This document shows positions 8,992 to 18,207 of a stretch of 64,000 nt of DNA, one piece after another (position 1 is the stretch's first letter; every line of letters starts with the position of its first letter). The notes beneath the pieces were generated by a model that worked only from the letters and a program-made list of their open reading frames with translations, was not told where the DNA came from and ran no database searches. Position numbers and translations under genes: made by a program. The stretch is from an uncultured Clostridia bacterium (GTDB taxonomy: Bacteria; Bacillota; Clostridia; Christensenellales; UBA1242), in contig CAKVMD010000004.1 in the NCBI GenBank assembly GCA_934771475.1, positions 1,190-65,189 of the forward strand. The letters run 5' to 3'.

Positions 8992-10989
8992 ATGTTTAAG
9001 TGGGAAAAAACTGTTTCATCAAATAAAATATTTTTGCCACTCTTATTTGTGGGATTTTCAATATTAATGGAAATGGCAAATTATCTTTATTTAGGTTTCA
9101 AAAGTGCGGGCGGAGTTCTGATGGTTTTGCCTACCTATTTTATGTTTGATATGGCGATAATCTTAATGCTTGCCGGAGTGATTTTTTTGTGTCAAAACAA
9201 AATCCTTCAAAACATTGTTTTTTACCTTTTCATTTCAGTACATATAATTTTAAATATTATTAACACCACGATGTATGGGATATTTGGAGATATTCTCTCT
9301 TACGACTTATTGTTTTTAGGGGCAGAAGCGACAACTGCTTTAAGCGCTGACCTTATTGATTGGTGGGGGCTTGTTTTAAACCTTTCATTTCTTGCTGTGA
9401 TTATTGCAAGCGCAGTGCTGTTACAAAAATTCAACAAAAAAACAATTACGATTAAATATAACACATTGCCAGCACTTATAATTGCAATATTTATCCTTTG
9501 TCAGTCCTTTGGAGCGTCTATGCTTGTGGTTCAACAATCTGTCTTGCCAACAGCAGTTGCGGAGGAACGCGAAATTGAGCAGAGCGATATTTATCTTTGG
9601 GACAATTTTCAGTTTAAACTTGACGCATACAAAAAATTTGGGCATTTTGGATTCTACGCGAAATCTATCTTAAATGTTGTTGAAAATCGACTAAGCAACG
9701 ACAGTTATGAAGATATTTCTAAAAGATTGGATGAAGGATATAAAGGTCAAGATGTTTCCGCACCACTTTATGGTGATAATCTTATGGTAGTGCTTTGCGA
9801 AAGTCTAGATTGGTATGCTATTGACCCAAATCTTACTCCAACCCTTTATTCGCTTGCTTATGGGCAAGACGAAAATTCAATAGCGTTTTCAAACTTTTAC
9901 GCGCGCAATAGGACAAACATTAGTGAGGGCATAACTCTCCTTGGAAGTATGCCAAGAAATACACTTTTATATAACTCAATGGAAAAAGGTTATACATTTG
10001 ACTACGCGCTTCCAAAACTTTTCAAGAGCACCGCAAAAGAGAAGTCAACCAAAACCCAATATGTGCATGAAAATTTTGAATCATTTTATAAAAGAGATGT
10101 TACGCATGGCAAAAACGGAATGGGGTTTGATGAAATCTACTCTTGGGAGGACTATACAGGAGACTACGAATTTGCTTGGGAACATTGGGTAGAAGATTAT
10201 GAGTTTTCTAAAAATCAAATTGATAACATTTTCCCAACAGATTGCGATAGGTTTTTAACTTATTATGCAACTATTTCCACACATGGACCATACACCACAA
10301 GCCAGCCTAATCTTGAAAAATATTATAAATTGATTGACGAAAATTGGGATTCGCTTGCCGATTGGATGAATGGCGAGGGCGGATTTCCTCTCCCAGATGA
10401 TAAAGATTCACTTTTGATGTTCAAGCGTTATAAGGCAGGGGTTATAGATTTTGATAGGACTGTTAAAATGTGGTTACAAGAACTTGAAGAACGAGGGCTA
10501 AAAGATAATACAACTATTTTATTCTTTGCCGACCATAATTCTTATTATTCAAATCTTTGCTACCGCATGAAAGGCATAGAAAAAACCGACTTTTCAAACA
10601 CTTACATAAACAATATCCCAATGTTTATCTATTCACCACATCTGACACAAGTCGTGGGTGGGGGAGTTTCAGAAATTTATTGCAATACTTATGATATTTT
10701 ACCTACTATATGTAACCTGTTTGGCTTGCCTACAAATTCAACCCAATTTCAAGGATATTCTATATATAGCGATGAGATTGTTAATTCCTTCTTTTCTTCA
10801 AATCTTAATGGAATGTTTACTAAGGATATTTACTCTTTGAATATAAGCGAAATCTACTTGCCAAATGGCGAGGTTTCAAATGAAGAAATTGAGAGATTTA
10901 AGATAAATGCAAACAGGTTTTATGAGAAACAAGATATGCTTGAAAAAATGTACGCAAACGGTATTAACGGAAAAATCAAAATAATTTAA
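8992..10989 (+). CDS. LTA-synthase-family membrane sulfatase/phosphoglycerol transferase-like protein
   Basis: About 5 N-terminal TM helices followed by an extracytoplasmic alkaline-phosphatase-superfamily domain (FFADHN...). 665 aa. Confidence 0.7.
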   Translation: MFKWEKTVSSNKIFLPLLFVGFSILMEMANYLYLGFKSAGGVLMVLPTYFMFDMAIILMLAGVIFLCQNKILQNIVFYLFISVHIILNIINTTMYGIFGDILSYDLLFLGAEATTALSADLIDWWGLVLNLSFLAVIIASAVLLQKFNKKTITIKYNTLPALIIAIFILCQSFGASMLVVQQSVLPTAVAEEREIEQSDIYLWDNFQFKLDAYKKFGHFGFYAKSILNVVENRLSNDSYEDISKRLDEGYKGQDVSAPLYGDNLMVVLCESLDWYAIDPNLTPTLYSLAYGQDENSIAFSNFYARNRTNISEGITLLGSMPRNTLLYNSMEKGYTFDYALPKLFKSTAKEKSTKTQYVHENFESFYKRDVTHGKNGMGFDEIYSWEDYTGDYEFAWEHWVEDYEFSKNQIDNIFPTDCDRFLTYYATISTHGPYTTSQPNLEKYYKLIDENWDSLADWMNGEGGFPLPDDKDSLLMFKRYKAGVIDFDRTVKMWLQELEERGLKDNTTILFFADHNSYYSNLCYRMKGIEKTDFSNTYINNIPMFIYSPHLTQVVGGGVSEIYCNTYDILPTICNLFGLPTNSTQFQGYSIYSDEIVNSFFSSNLNGMFTKDIYSLNISEIYLPNGEVSNEEIERFKINANRFYEKQDMLEKMYANGINGKIKII

Positions 10990-11021
10990 ACAATATAAAA
11001 TTTTTGAGAATATATATTAAT

Positions 11022-12053
11022 ATGTTTTCAAAAATTTTTTTATATAAAGATAATTTGCTACATAATATAAACTACATAAAAAGTGTTGCAAAAAAGCCTA
11101 TCTGTGTTATGGTCAAAGCAAACGCATACGGGCATGGTGAAAAGGAAATCTTGACCATGCTTGACGGGCAGGTTGACTATTTTGGAGTTGCTTGTCAGAG
11201 CGAAGGACTTAGCGGACGGAAATCTACCAGCGGGCATATAGTTGTTTTCGGAAAGTGCGAAAATTATGTGCAGTGTATGAAACATGATGTGTCTTTTGCC
11301 CTATTCTCTTTTGATGAAGCCAAACGAATTACAAGGGAAGCAAGGAAACATAATTTGTGCCCAAGATTTCACCTTTGCGTTAATTCGGGCATGAATAGAT
11401 ATGGCTTTAAAGATAGAGAAGAAATTTTAAAGACAATAAATTTTTTGGGTGAGAATGACATCCAGTTAGAAGGATTTTATACGCATTTTTCTTCGCTTAC
11501 CAGTGATGAGGGGTATACACAAAGGCAAAAAGAAAAGTTCTATGAAATGAAAGCACTTTTGCCAAAAAGTTGGGAAACAATAACTCATGTCGGTGGCGGA
11601 AAGAGCATTTATAGAGACTTTGAAGCGGATATGTTTAGAACAGGTATTGAGTGCTATGGCTATGGCAACGAAAATGTGTTGCCAGTACTTGAAGTTGAAA
11701 GTCAAATCGTAGATAAACAAAAGGTGAGTAAAGGGGAGCATGTGGGTTATCTTTGTGGTTTTACGGCGCAAAGAGATATGACCGTTGCAACAATCCCTCT
11801 TGGATACGCTGACGGTTTGCCAAGAAAATTGTCCAATAAGTTTCAAGTCGAGATAAATGGCAAAATGGCAAAATCGACTGGAAATGTTTGCATGGACGCT
11901 TTCATGGTGGATGTTACCGATTTAAAATGTAAAATTGGCGATAAAGTAAAGGTTTTGACAAACGCAAGTTTGATTGCTCCGATTATTGAAACAACCGAAT
12001 ACGAGACTCTTACAAACCTTACTAAAATGCGTGCAAAAAGGATAATAGTTTAA
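11022..12053 (+). CDS. alr: alanine racemase
   Basis: PLP-lysine motif VMVKANAYGHG, plus YGYG and GYADG motifs. Start taken at the ATG at 11022. Confidence 0.85.
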   Translation: MFSKIFLYKDNLLHNINYIKSVAKKPICVMVKANAYGHGEKEILTMLDGQVDYFGVACQSEGLSGRKSTSGHIVVFGKCENYVQCMKHDVSFALFSFDEAKRITREARKHNLCPRFHLCVNSGMNRYGFKDREEILKTINFLGENDIQLEGFYTHFSSLTSDEGYTQRQKEKFYEMKALLPKSWETITHVGGGKSIYRDFEADMFRTGIECYGYGNENVLPVLEVESQIVDKQKVSKGEHVGYLCGFTAQRDMTVATIPLGYADGLPRKLSNKFQVEINGKMAKSTGNVCMDAFMVDVTDLKCKIGDKVKVLTNASLIAPIIETTEYETLTNLTKMRAKRIIV

Positions 12054-12196
12054 TTTTGGTTAAATTGTTAAAATAAAAAATAAAAAAAGAAAAATCACTT
12101 GCAAAAAAGTGATTTTTTTGTCGAAAAATATGCTTAAAAGTATTGAAAAAATTTGTGGATAGTGCTAAAATAATAATAGAAATAAGGAGATGTATT

Positions 12197-12919
12197 ATGT
12201 GCTTTTTTAGAAGAAGAAAGAAAAGAGAAGAGGAAAGAAGATTAAAAGAAGAAGAGGCTAAAAGACAAGCAGAACTTGAAGCAAAACGAAAGGCGGAAGA
12301 AGAGGCTCGTATAAAGGCTGAGGAAGAAGCAAAAGCCAAAGAAAAGGCAGAGGCAGAAGCCAAGAAAAAGGCTGAAAAGAAACCTTCACAAAAGAAAGAT
12401 TCAAAGGCGGAAGCAAAAAAAGAAGAGAAGAGTGCGCCTAAAAAGTCTGCTAAGAAAGTTGCAGTTAAGGAAGACAAAAAAGCAGAGGACAAGCAGTCAG
12501 AAAATGTTGAAGCCAAAGAGGCTACTAAAACTAAAACAACTAAGGCTGTGAAGAAAGAAAAAGCAGAAAAAGAACAAAAGGTAGAAGAAAAGCCAGCAAA
12601 GAAAGCCAAAGCTACAAATTCGCCAGCAAAAGAAAAGGACGCTGAACCAGAAAAGTCTGCCGAAGAAACTGATGTGGAAACCCAAGATAAACAAGGAAAG
12701 AAATCAGTTTATAGAGTTCTTTTTGACAAAGAAGAAAAAGTTTGGAAGATTAAGAAGGACGGAGCAAAAAGAGTTATCGATTCTAAAAAGACAAAAGAAG
12801 AAGCCCTTGCAAGAGTGCAAGAACTCAGTGGAAATCAAGAACTTAAATTTGTTGTATACAAAAAAGACGGAAAATTCCAAAAGAAAGCAAACTTAAATCT
12901 TAAAAAGGACAATCAATAA
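12197..12919 (+). CDS. Lys/Glu/Ala-rich low-complexity protein with C-terminal DUF2188-like domain
   Basis: AAGGAG lies 8 nt before the ATG at 12197. About 170 aa of KAEEEAKAK-type repeats, then VYRVLFDKEEKVWKIKKDGAKRVIDSKKTKEEALARVQEL. Confidence 0.7.
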   Translation: MCFFRRRKKREEERRLKEEEAKRQAELEAKRKAEEEARIKAEEEAKAKEKAEAEAKKKAEKKPSQKKDSKAEAKKEEKSAPKKSAKKVAVKEDKKAEDKQSENVEAKEATKTKTTKAVKKEKAEKEQKVEEKPAKKAKATNSPAKEKDAEPEKSAEETDVETQDKQGKKSVYRVLFDKEEKVWKIKKDGAKRVIDSKKTKEEALARVQELSGNQELKFVVYKKDGKFQKKANLNLKKDNQ

Positions 12920-12986
12920 TTCATGTCTTTTGCATGACATTAGTTCATGTTGCATAAATAAGGGTAATTTATAAATTTCTAGTGTG

Positions 12987-13018
12987 AAAAAATCTCGCGA
13001 TTAAAGCGAGATTTTTTT
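12987..13018. terminator. bidirectional terminator
   Basis: Stem aatctcgc / gcgagatt with A-run and T-run flanks, between convergent genes. Confidence 0.8.
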
Positions 13019-13095
13019 ATGCAATTACAATGCGAGCGAAGGGTCTTATTTTGATTTTTGCTTGCGACTTGTAAAAAGAAAAATATTTTTTGATT

Positions 13096-13740
13096 TTATT
13101 TTTCTTTTTCAATAAGGTTATTTATTTGAGTAACAATTATTTTAAAGATTTCATCAATAGATTTTGTTGCGTCAATAACGCAAAATCTTTCCTTTTCGAG
13201 GGTTGAAATATAGTTGTATCCTTCTTCTACGCGTTTGTGAAATTCTAGCCCTTCAAGTTCAAGTCGGTCAAGATTTTCTGACATTTTATTCTTTCTTGTG
13301 AAGGCTTCTTTTGGTGAAAGTTTAAGATAAAATGTGAGGTCAGGTTTGAGACTGCCGATAATCATCCTTGTAAGGTCAAGTATCTTTCCCGCTGGCATAA
13401 TTTTTCGTGCGCAACCTTGATAAGCAATGGTTGAATCATAAAATCTATCAGCAATAACAATCTTGCCACTTTTTAAAGCGGGGAGAATGTTTTTGTTAAC
13501 ATTTTCTACGCGTGCAGCGCAAAAAAGTAAAAGTTCGGTCATTGGAAGGGGAGCATCTTCGTTTGTTGCAAGAATCAACTCTCTGATTTTTTCTGCAAGT
13601 GGCGTTCCACCCGGCTCTCTCACAAACAAAAAGTCATTTTTATTTGGAAGGGAAGAAATATATTCTTTCAAAAGTTTAACTTGTGTGGTTTTCCCACAAG
13701 CTTCTCCACCCTCAAAAGTTATAAACAAACCTTTTTTCAT
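13096..13740 (-). CDS. tmk: thymidylate kinase
   Basis: P-loop FEGGEACGKTT and the DRF/Y motif (ADRFYDST). Confidence 0.9.
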   Translation of the reverse strand: MKKGLFITFEGGEACGKTTQVKLLKEYISSLPNKNDFLFVREPGGTPLAEKIRELILATNEDAPLPMTELLLFCAARVENVNKNILPALKSGKIVIADRFYDSTIAYQGCARKIMPAGKILDLTRMIIGSLKPDLTFYLKLSPKEAFTRKNKMSENLDRLELEGLEFHKRVEEGYNYISTLEKERFCVIDATKSIDEIFKIIVTQINNLIEKEK

Positions 13741-13755
13741 TTGTTTCTCCTTGTC

Positions 13756-14901
13756 TTAGCAGTGGCAGTCGCTATTGTGGCAATCACCATCGTGGCAATG
13801 ACAATCTTCATCACAGCACTCCACGATGTCGAGATATTTGTCAATATTGTGTGCTTTGTAAATGTTTTCAGGCATTTGCTCGGTGGTAGTATAGCCTGGC
13901 TCAGCAACAAGCACTTCTGGAATTCTGTTAATTACAGTCGCGCAAGTAAGTTCGGCAGTCGCAGGTCTTTCAATAACAACTCTTGTGCTAGGTTCTCCTT
14001 CAATAGTCCAATCATTGCAGTCAAACTCTTTTGAAGAGTAAACCTTTCCGATGCATTCAGTGATTAGAGTTGTGCCCTCTTTTGTTTCAGTTGTTACAAC
14101 TGCGCTCATTCCAGTGCAGTGTCCCTTTGGGATCGTCATGTCAAGAGTTGATGAATAAAGGTCCTCTTCTGCAATTTGAGGAACTGTTTTTTGAGTTTGG
14201 TGAGTGATGTGAAGTCCAAGTTTAGCACAAAGCCAGCCATTTACATTCCACATAAAACTTGGCGCAAACTTGCCTTCTTTGATAAGTTTAGCCCTTTCTT
14301 CTTCGCTAATATTATCAAGAGACGCAATTTCTTTTTGAAATTTATTTTTACTTAATCCTGCGCCATGCACTCTTGCGAGAGAAATTCCATAATCTTCAAC
14401 ATTGTAACTAGACTTGCCTCGAATTGTGGTTATTTTGTGTGTTGCTCCGCCAAGAACGCTAATAAGGTTGCCCCAGAAAACGTCTTGATAGCCACTTCCA
14501 CAAATAGTTACACCGCTTTCTTTTGCGAGTTTATCAAGTTTTTTCGCAAGTTTTGGTGAAGAGTTTTGTGCATAAAAAGCTTCTTCGCAAGTTGAAATAA
14601 CATTAACACCATTTTGGGCGCAAATTTCATAAATAGGGTAGTTTTCGCTGAATAAACTTGTTGTGGTAACGATAGCCACATCTACCTCGTGTGTGCTTAA
14701 AAACTCATCAAGTTTGTTTGCGTCTTGAATTTTAACATTAAGTTTTTTGCCCATGTCAAGAAATTCGCCTATGTCAGTGCCAAGTTTTGATTGGTCAATA
14801 TCAAACGCTCCAACAATTTTAATACCTTTTTCTAGTGCATAGCGCATGGTGAGTTTGCTCATCTTGCCACAGCCATATTGAATCATTGTAATTTTTCTCA
14901 T
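13756..14901 (-). CDS. DapB-N-like NAD(P)-binding oxidoreductase (amine-dehydrogenase / 2,4-diaminopentanoate-dehydrogenase-like) with Cys/His-rich C-terminal tail
   Basis: AGGAGG RBS. N-terminal Rossmann-like IQYGCGKM. The family assignment is from memory only. The tail is ECCDEDCHCHDGDCHNSDCHC. Confidence 0.55.
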   Translation of the reverse strand: MRKITMIQYGCGKMSKLTMRYALEKGIKIVGAFDIDQSKLGTDIGEFLDMGKKLNVKIQDANKLDEFLSTHEVDVAIVTTTSLFSENYPIYEICAQNGVNVISTCEEAFYAQNSSPKLAKKLDKLAKESGVTICGSGYQDVFWGNLISVLGGATHKITTIRGKSSYNVEDYGISLARVHGAGLSKNKFQKEIASLDNISEEERAKLIKEGKFAPSFMWNVNGWLCAKLGLHITHQTQKTVPQIAEEDLYSSTLDMTIPKGHCTGMSAVVTTETKEGTTLITECIGKVYSSKEFDCNDWTIEGEPSTRVVIERPATAELTCATVINRIPEVLVAEPGYTTTEQMPENIYKAHNIDKYLDIVECCDEDCHCHDGDCHNSDCHC

Positions 14902-15021
14902 AAGAAATCCTCCTTTTCAAAGTATATCAATATTTTAAAAGATTGCCAAATGATTAAAGAAAAATTCAAAAATAATTATAAATCACTTCGAAAATTAGGC
15001 TTTATTCTCTATTTTTTTAAT

Positions 15022-15056
15022 AAAAAACCTCAAATTTTGTGATTTGAGGCTTTTTT
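15022..15056. terminator. bidirectional terminator downstream of uvrC
   Basis: Stem cctcaaat / atttgagg, with A6 on the 5' side and T6 on the 3' side. Confidence 0.75.
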
Positions 15057-15103
15057 ATTCTTCGTTTTTATTCTTCGTTTTTATTCTTCGATTTTATTCT
15101 TCG
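15052..15103. repeat. 13-bp tandem repeat x4 (tttttattcttcg)
   Basis: Copies at 15052, 15065, 15078 and 15091. The last copy supplies the final codons and the stop of uvrC. Confidence 0.9.
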
Positions 15104-16929
15104 GGGCTATAAGAAATTGGATTTTTCTTAAAGTAATTTACTATTTCGTGAGCTAGATTTTGATTGATTTCAGGCAGAGAGCATAGAAGGTCGACATCCG
15201 CCTTTGCAATTTCTTCGCTTGTCCCAAAAGCCTTTAAAAGTGCATCGCGCTTTTTGGGACCTATGCCGGGAATGTCTTCAAGCGTAGATTTTGTTTGCTT
15301 TTTAAGCCTTATGTTTCTATGGTAAGTTATTGCAAATCTATGTGCCTCATCTCGCAAGCGCTGAATAAGTTTCAGTTCGGCAGAAGCGGGTTTGAGAAGG
15401 GTGGGCACTGGGTTGTTTGGTTTAAACACTTCTTCAATTCTTTTTGCAAGGCTTATCATTTCAATCTCATTTTGAAGCCCCGCTCGACAAAGAACCTCAT
15501 AGCAGGAGGAAAGTTGTCCTTTTCCTCCGTCTATAACAAGCAGATTTGGACGCTCTTTGAAACTTTCTCCATTTTGTGTTTTGTATCTGTTAAGACGCCT
15601 TGTAAGAGCCTCTTCAAGAGATGCAAAATCGTTTGAACCTTTTACAGTTTTGATTTTGAATTTGCGATAATCTTTCTTTGAAGGCTCACCATTTTTGAAC
15701 ACAACCATAGAGCAAACTTTATTCGTCCCTGAAATGTTTGAAATATCATAGCACTCCATTCTTAGTGGAACTTCCCTCAGTCCTAGTTTTTCTTTTAATT
15801 GCTTTATTGCGCCGAGTGAGTTGTTGTATTTTATTTTTTCTTTTTCAATATGTTTTTCTAGATATTCTTTGGCATTTTCTTGTGCCATTTCAAGCAAAGT
15901 CTTGTTTGCAGAGTGAGGGTTTGTGATAATCGTTACTTTTTTACCTAGATAGTCAAGTAAAAGTTTCTCGTCTATTTCGTGAGATAGGATAATTTCACTA
16001 GGTAAAATCATATTCTCGTAATATTGCGCTAAATAGTTAAAAAGTGTTTGACCTTCTTCAAGTTCGGCGTCCTGACAAGGAGTGCAAACAATCCCTAAGA
16101 TTTTCCCTCCGCGAACGACCATTGTTGTAATAACACCGCTCAGTCCGTCAGTATAATAAGCGAAAATATCTTTGCTAACATCTTTTGGAAGGTTTGCCAC
16201 ACTTCGTTGTTTAAGTTTGGCTATCATTTTAAGGCGGTCTCGCATAAGAATAGCATTTTCAAAATTCTCATTTTGAGAGGCCTTAATCATTTTGTCTGTA
16301 AGTATCTGTTCTATTTCCTCATCATTTCCATTCAAGAAAGAAATGACTTTATCAATTTCTTTGCGATACTCACTTGGAGAAATTCGTTTTGTGCAAGGTG
16401 CAGAGCAAAGCCCTAAACTGTAATTAAGACACTCCCTTTTTGCAACAGAAGTTGAAGTTATTTTGCTGGTGCAAGTGCGTAGTTTAAACGCTGAATTTAT
16501 TGTTTTAACAATTTCTCTTGCGTCAAGCCCTGCAAGATAGGGACCGAAATATTTTGCGCCGTCTTTTTTGACTTTTCTTACAATTTCAACGCGAGGGAAA
16601 GGCTCTTTGGTGTTGATTTTGATGTAAGGAAATTGTTTTCCGTCTTTTAGAAGTATGTTATAAAAGGGCTGATACTTTTTTATGAGGTTGTTTTCAAGAG
16701 CCAGTGCATCCATCTCACTCATTGTGATAAAGTAGTCAAATTCGTCTACATTGTCCACCATGGCTTGCACTTTGCTAGGCTTAGGGGAAGAACGAAAATA
16801 TTGGCTAACTCTGTTTTTTAAGTTCTTGGCTTTTCCAACATAAATAACCACGCCGTCTCTATCGCGCATAACATATACGCCGGGCTTGGTAGTTAAAACT
16901 TTCAGTTTTGATTTTATTTTATCGTTCAT
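15094..16929 (-). CDS. uvrC: excinuclease ABC subunit C
   Basis: GIY-YIG N-terminus (PGVYVMRD...YVGKAKNLKNRV), UvrBC and endonuclease domains, and a C-terminal HhH (IPGIGPKK). True start is MNDKIKSKL at 16929. Confidence 0.9.
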   Translation of the reverse strand: MNDKIKSKLKVLTTKPGVYVMRDRDGVVIYVGKAKNLKNRVSQYFRSSPKPSKVQAMVDNVDEFDYFITMSEMDALALENNLIKKYQPFYNILLKDGKQFPYIKINTKEPFPRVEIVRKVKKDGAKYFGPYLAGLDAREIVKTINSAFKLRTCTSKITSTSVAKRECLNYSLGLCSAPCTKRISPSEYRKEIDKVISFLNGNDEEIEQILTDKMIKASQNENFENAILMRDRLKMIAKLKQRSVANLPKDVSKDIFAYYTDGLSGVITTMVVRGGKILGIVCTPCQDAELEEGQTLFNYLAQYYENMILPSEIILSHEIDEKLLLDYLGKKVTIITNPHSANKTLLEMAQENAKEYLEKHIEKEKIKYNNSLGAIKQLKEKLGLREVPLRMECYDISNISGTNKVCSMVVFKNGEPSKKDYRKFKIKTVKGSNDFASLEEALTRRLNRYKTQNGESFKERPNLLVIDGGKGQLSSCYEVLCRAGLQNEIEMISLAKRIEEVFKPNNPVPTLLKPASAELKLIQRLRDEAHRFAITYHRNIRLKKQTKSTLEDIPGIGPKKRDALLKAFGTSEEIAKADVDLLCSLPEINQNLAHEIVNYFKKNPISYSPEE

Positions 16930-17041
16930 AACTATATTGTAATACAAAAGAGCAAAAAAATCAAAAATTTTATGGAACATTTGACTTTTAGATATATTTA
17001 TTGTAATATGTACACATAGAATATTGTATTTAGGAGGAACT

Positions 17042-17926
17042 ATGCCAACGGGATCAGGTGGTGGACATTTTAGCGGTGGTGGAGGACGCTTCGGTGGTGG
17101 ACATTTTGGAGGCAGTGGAAGAAGTTCAAGCACAACTTCTGCGAAAAGAGGCGTTCGCTTTGGACGTCCAGTGTTTATATATTCAATAGGACGAAACAGT
17201 TACTATGTTGGCGAGAAAAGACGCTCGTTAATTAGCGGATTGTTTGTTTTCTTTATGTTTGCAATGTTTGCATTTATTTCTACTATGGGCGTATTCTTTA
17301 ACTACAAAAGTGATTTGGATATAATTAGAGAAGATTATGCAAGATATGGTGAGATAATTAGGTATGCAGAAGAACACCCAGAAAGAATAGTCAACGGAGC
17401 TTACGAGAGTGCGGATTATAGCGTCAAACTTGATAAGTGGTGCATAACATATAAATTTAGTTACGCTGACCAAAATAATCTTTCAGGATACAGTTTTTAT
17501 GTTTACTCAAACAGTGAAATTGCACAAATGAGGTCATCGGGGACAATTCAAATTGCGGTTGGAAACTTGACTAGCGAAGGGCAATATGATTCAATCGAAA
17601 TGACTTTCAAAAACAAACAACTTACAGATGATGGCGAATATAATTATGCGCTAAACAAGCAAAAAGGATATAAGGTTGGAATGTCTATATCGGGCGTGCT
17701 AGCGGGAGGACTTTTAGTTGGGATAATAGTTCTTTCAGTGCTTTCGTTCAAGAAAGACGAAACCGCCCAAGCAGAAGTTTCCGCTAACTCTACAAATGGA
17801 GAAACCGTGGTTACAGAAAAGCCACAAAGATATTGCTCTTATTGTGGAAGCAAGATAAATGAAAATGCTTCATCTTGCCCATTCTGTGGCGCAGGGGAGA
17901 ATAAGTTTGAAGATAAGCCAAATTAA
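17042..17926 (+). CDS. membrane protein with Gly/His-rich N-terminus and C-terminal zinc-ribbon
   Basis: AGGAGG precedes the ATG at 17042. N-terminus GGGHFSGGGGRFGGGHFGG, two TM segments, C-terminus CSYCGSKINENASSCPFCG. Confidence 0.7.
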   Translation: MPTGSGGGHFSGGGGRFGGGHFGGSGRSSSTTSAKRGVRFGRPVFIYSIGRNSYYVGEKRRSLISGLFVFFMFAMFAFISTMGVFFNYKSDLDIIREDYARYGEIIRYAEEHPERIVNGAYESADYSVKLDKWCITYKFSYADQNNLSGYSFYVYSNSEIAQMRSSGTIQIAVGNLTSEGQYDSIEMTFKNKQLTDDGEYNYALNKQKGYKVGMSISGVLAGGLLVGIIVLSVLSFKKDETAQAEVSANSTNGETVVTEKPQRYCSYCGSKINENASSCPFCGAGENKFEDKPN

Positions 17927-18040
17927 ACGAAATGGGCTGAATAGATGCTTGCAGTTTTATTTATAAAAAGTCGCAATTTTTCTTAAAATTTGATGAATTT
18001 TTGCCTTTCTTCTAATGTTAAAAAACTTAAATAACCAATA

Positions 18041-18087
18041 AAAACTTCTATTAATTGCAGAGAATGCAAAGTTAATAGAAGTTTTTT
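18041..18087. terminator. long bidirectional terminator hairpin
   Basis: 14-bp stem aaaacttctattaa / ttaatagaagtttt plus a T-run, between convergent genes. Confidence 0.8.
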
Positions 18088-18207
18088 GTTTACAATCAAT
18101 TAAATGTTTTTTCATAAGGTATGCAAGTAAAGTTAAAGTGATAATTTTTACTGATTAAAATGAGCAATCTTTACTACTAAGAAAGATGTTTGCTTGTAAA
18201 GTAGATT

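Noticed and set aside
16930-17133. 68-codon N-terminal extension of the uvrC ORF (MLELLPLPPKCPPPKRPPPP...)
   Set aside because: It is the antisense reading of the Gly-rich 5' end of the divergent gene at 17042-17926 and of the shared promoter region. The conserved GIY-YIG N-terminus starts at the ATG at 16929.
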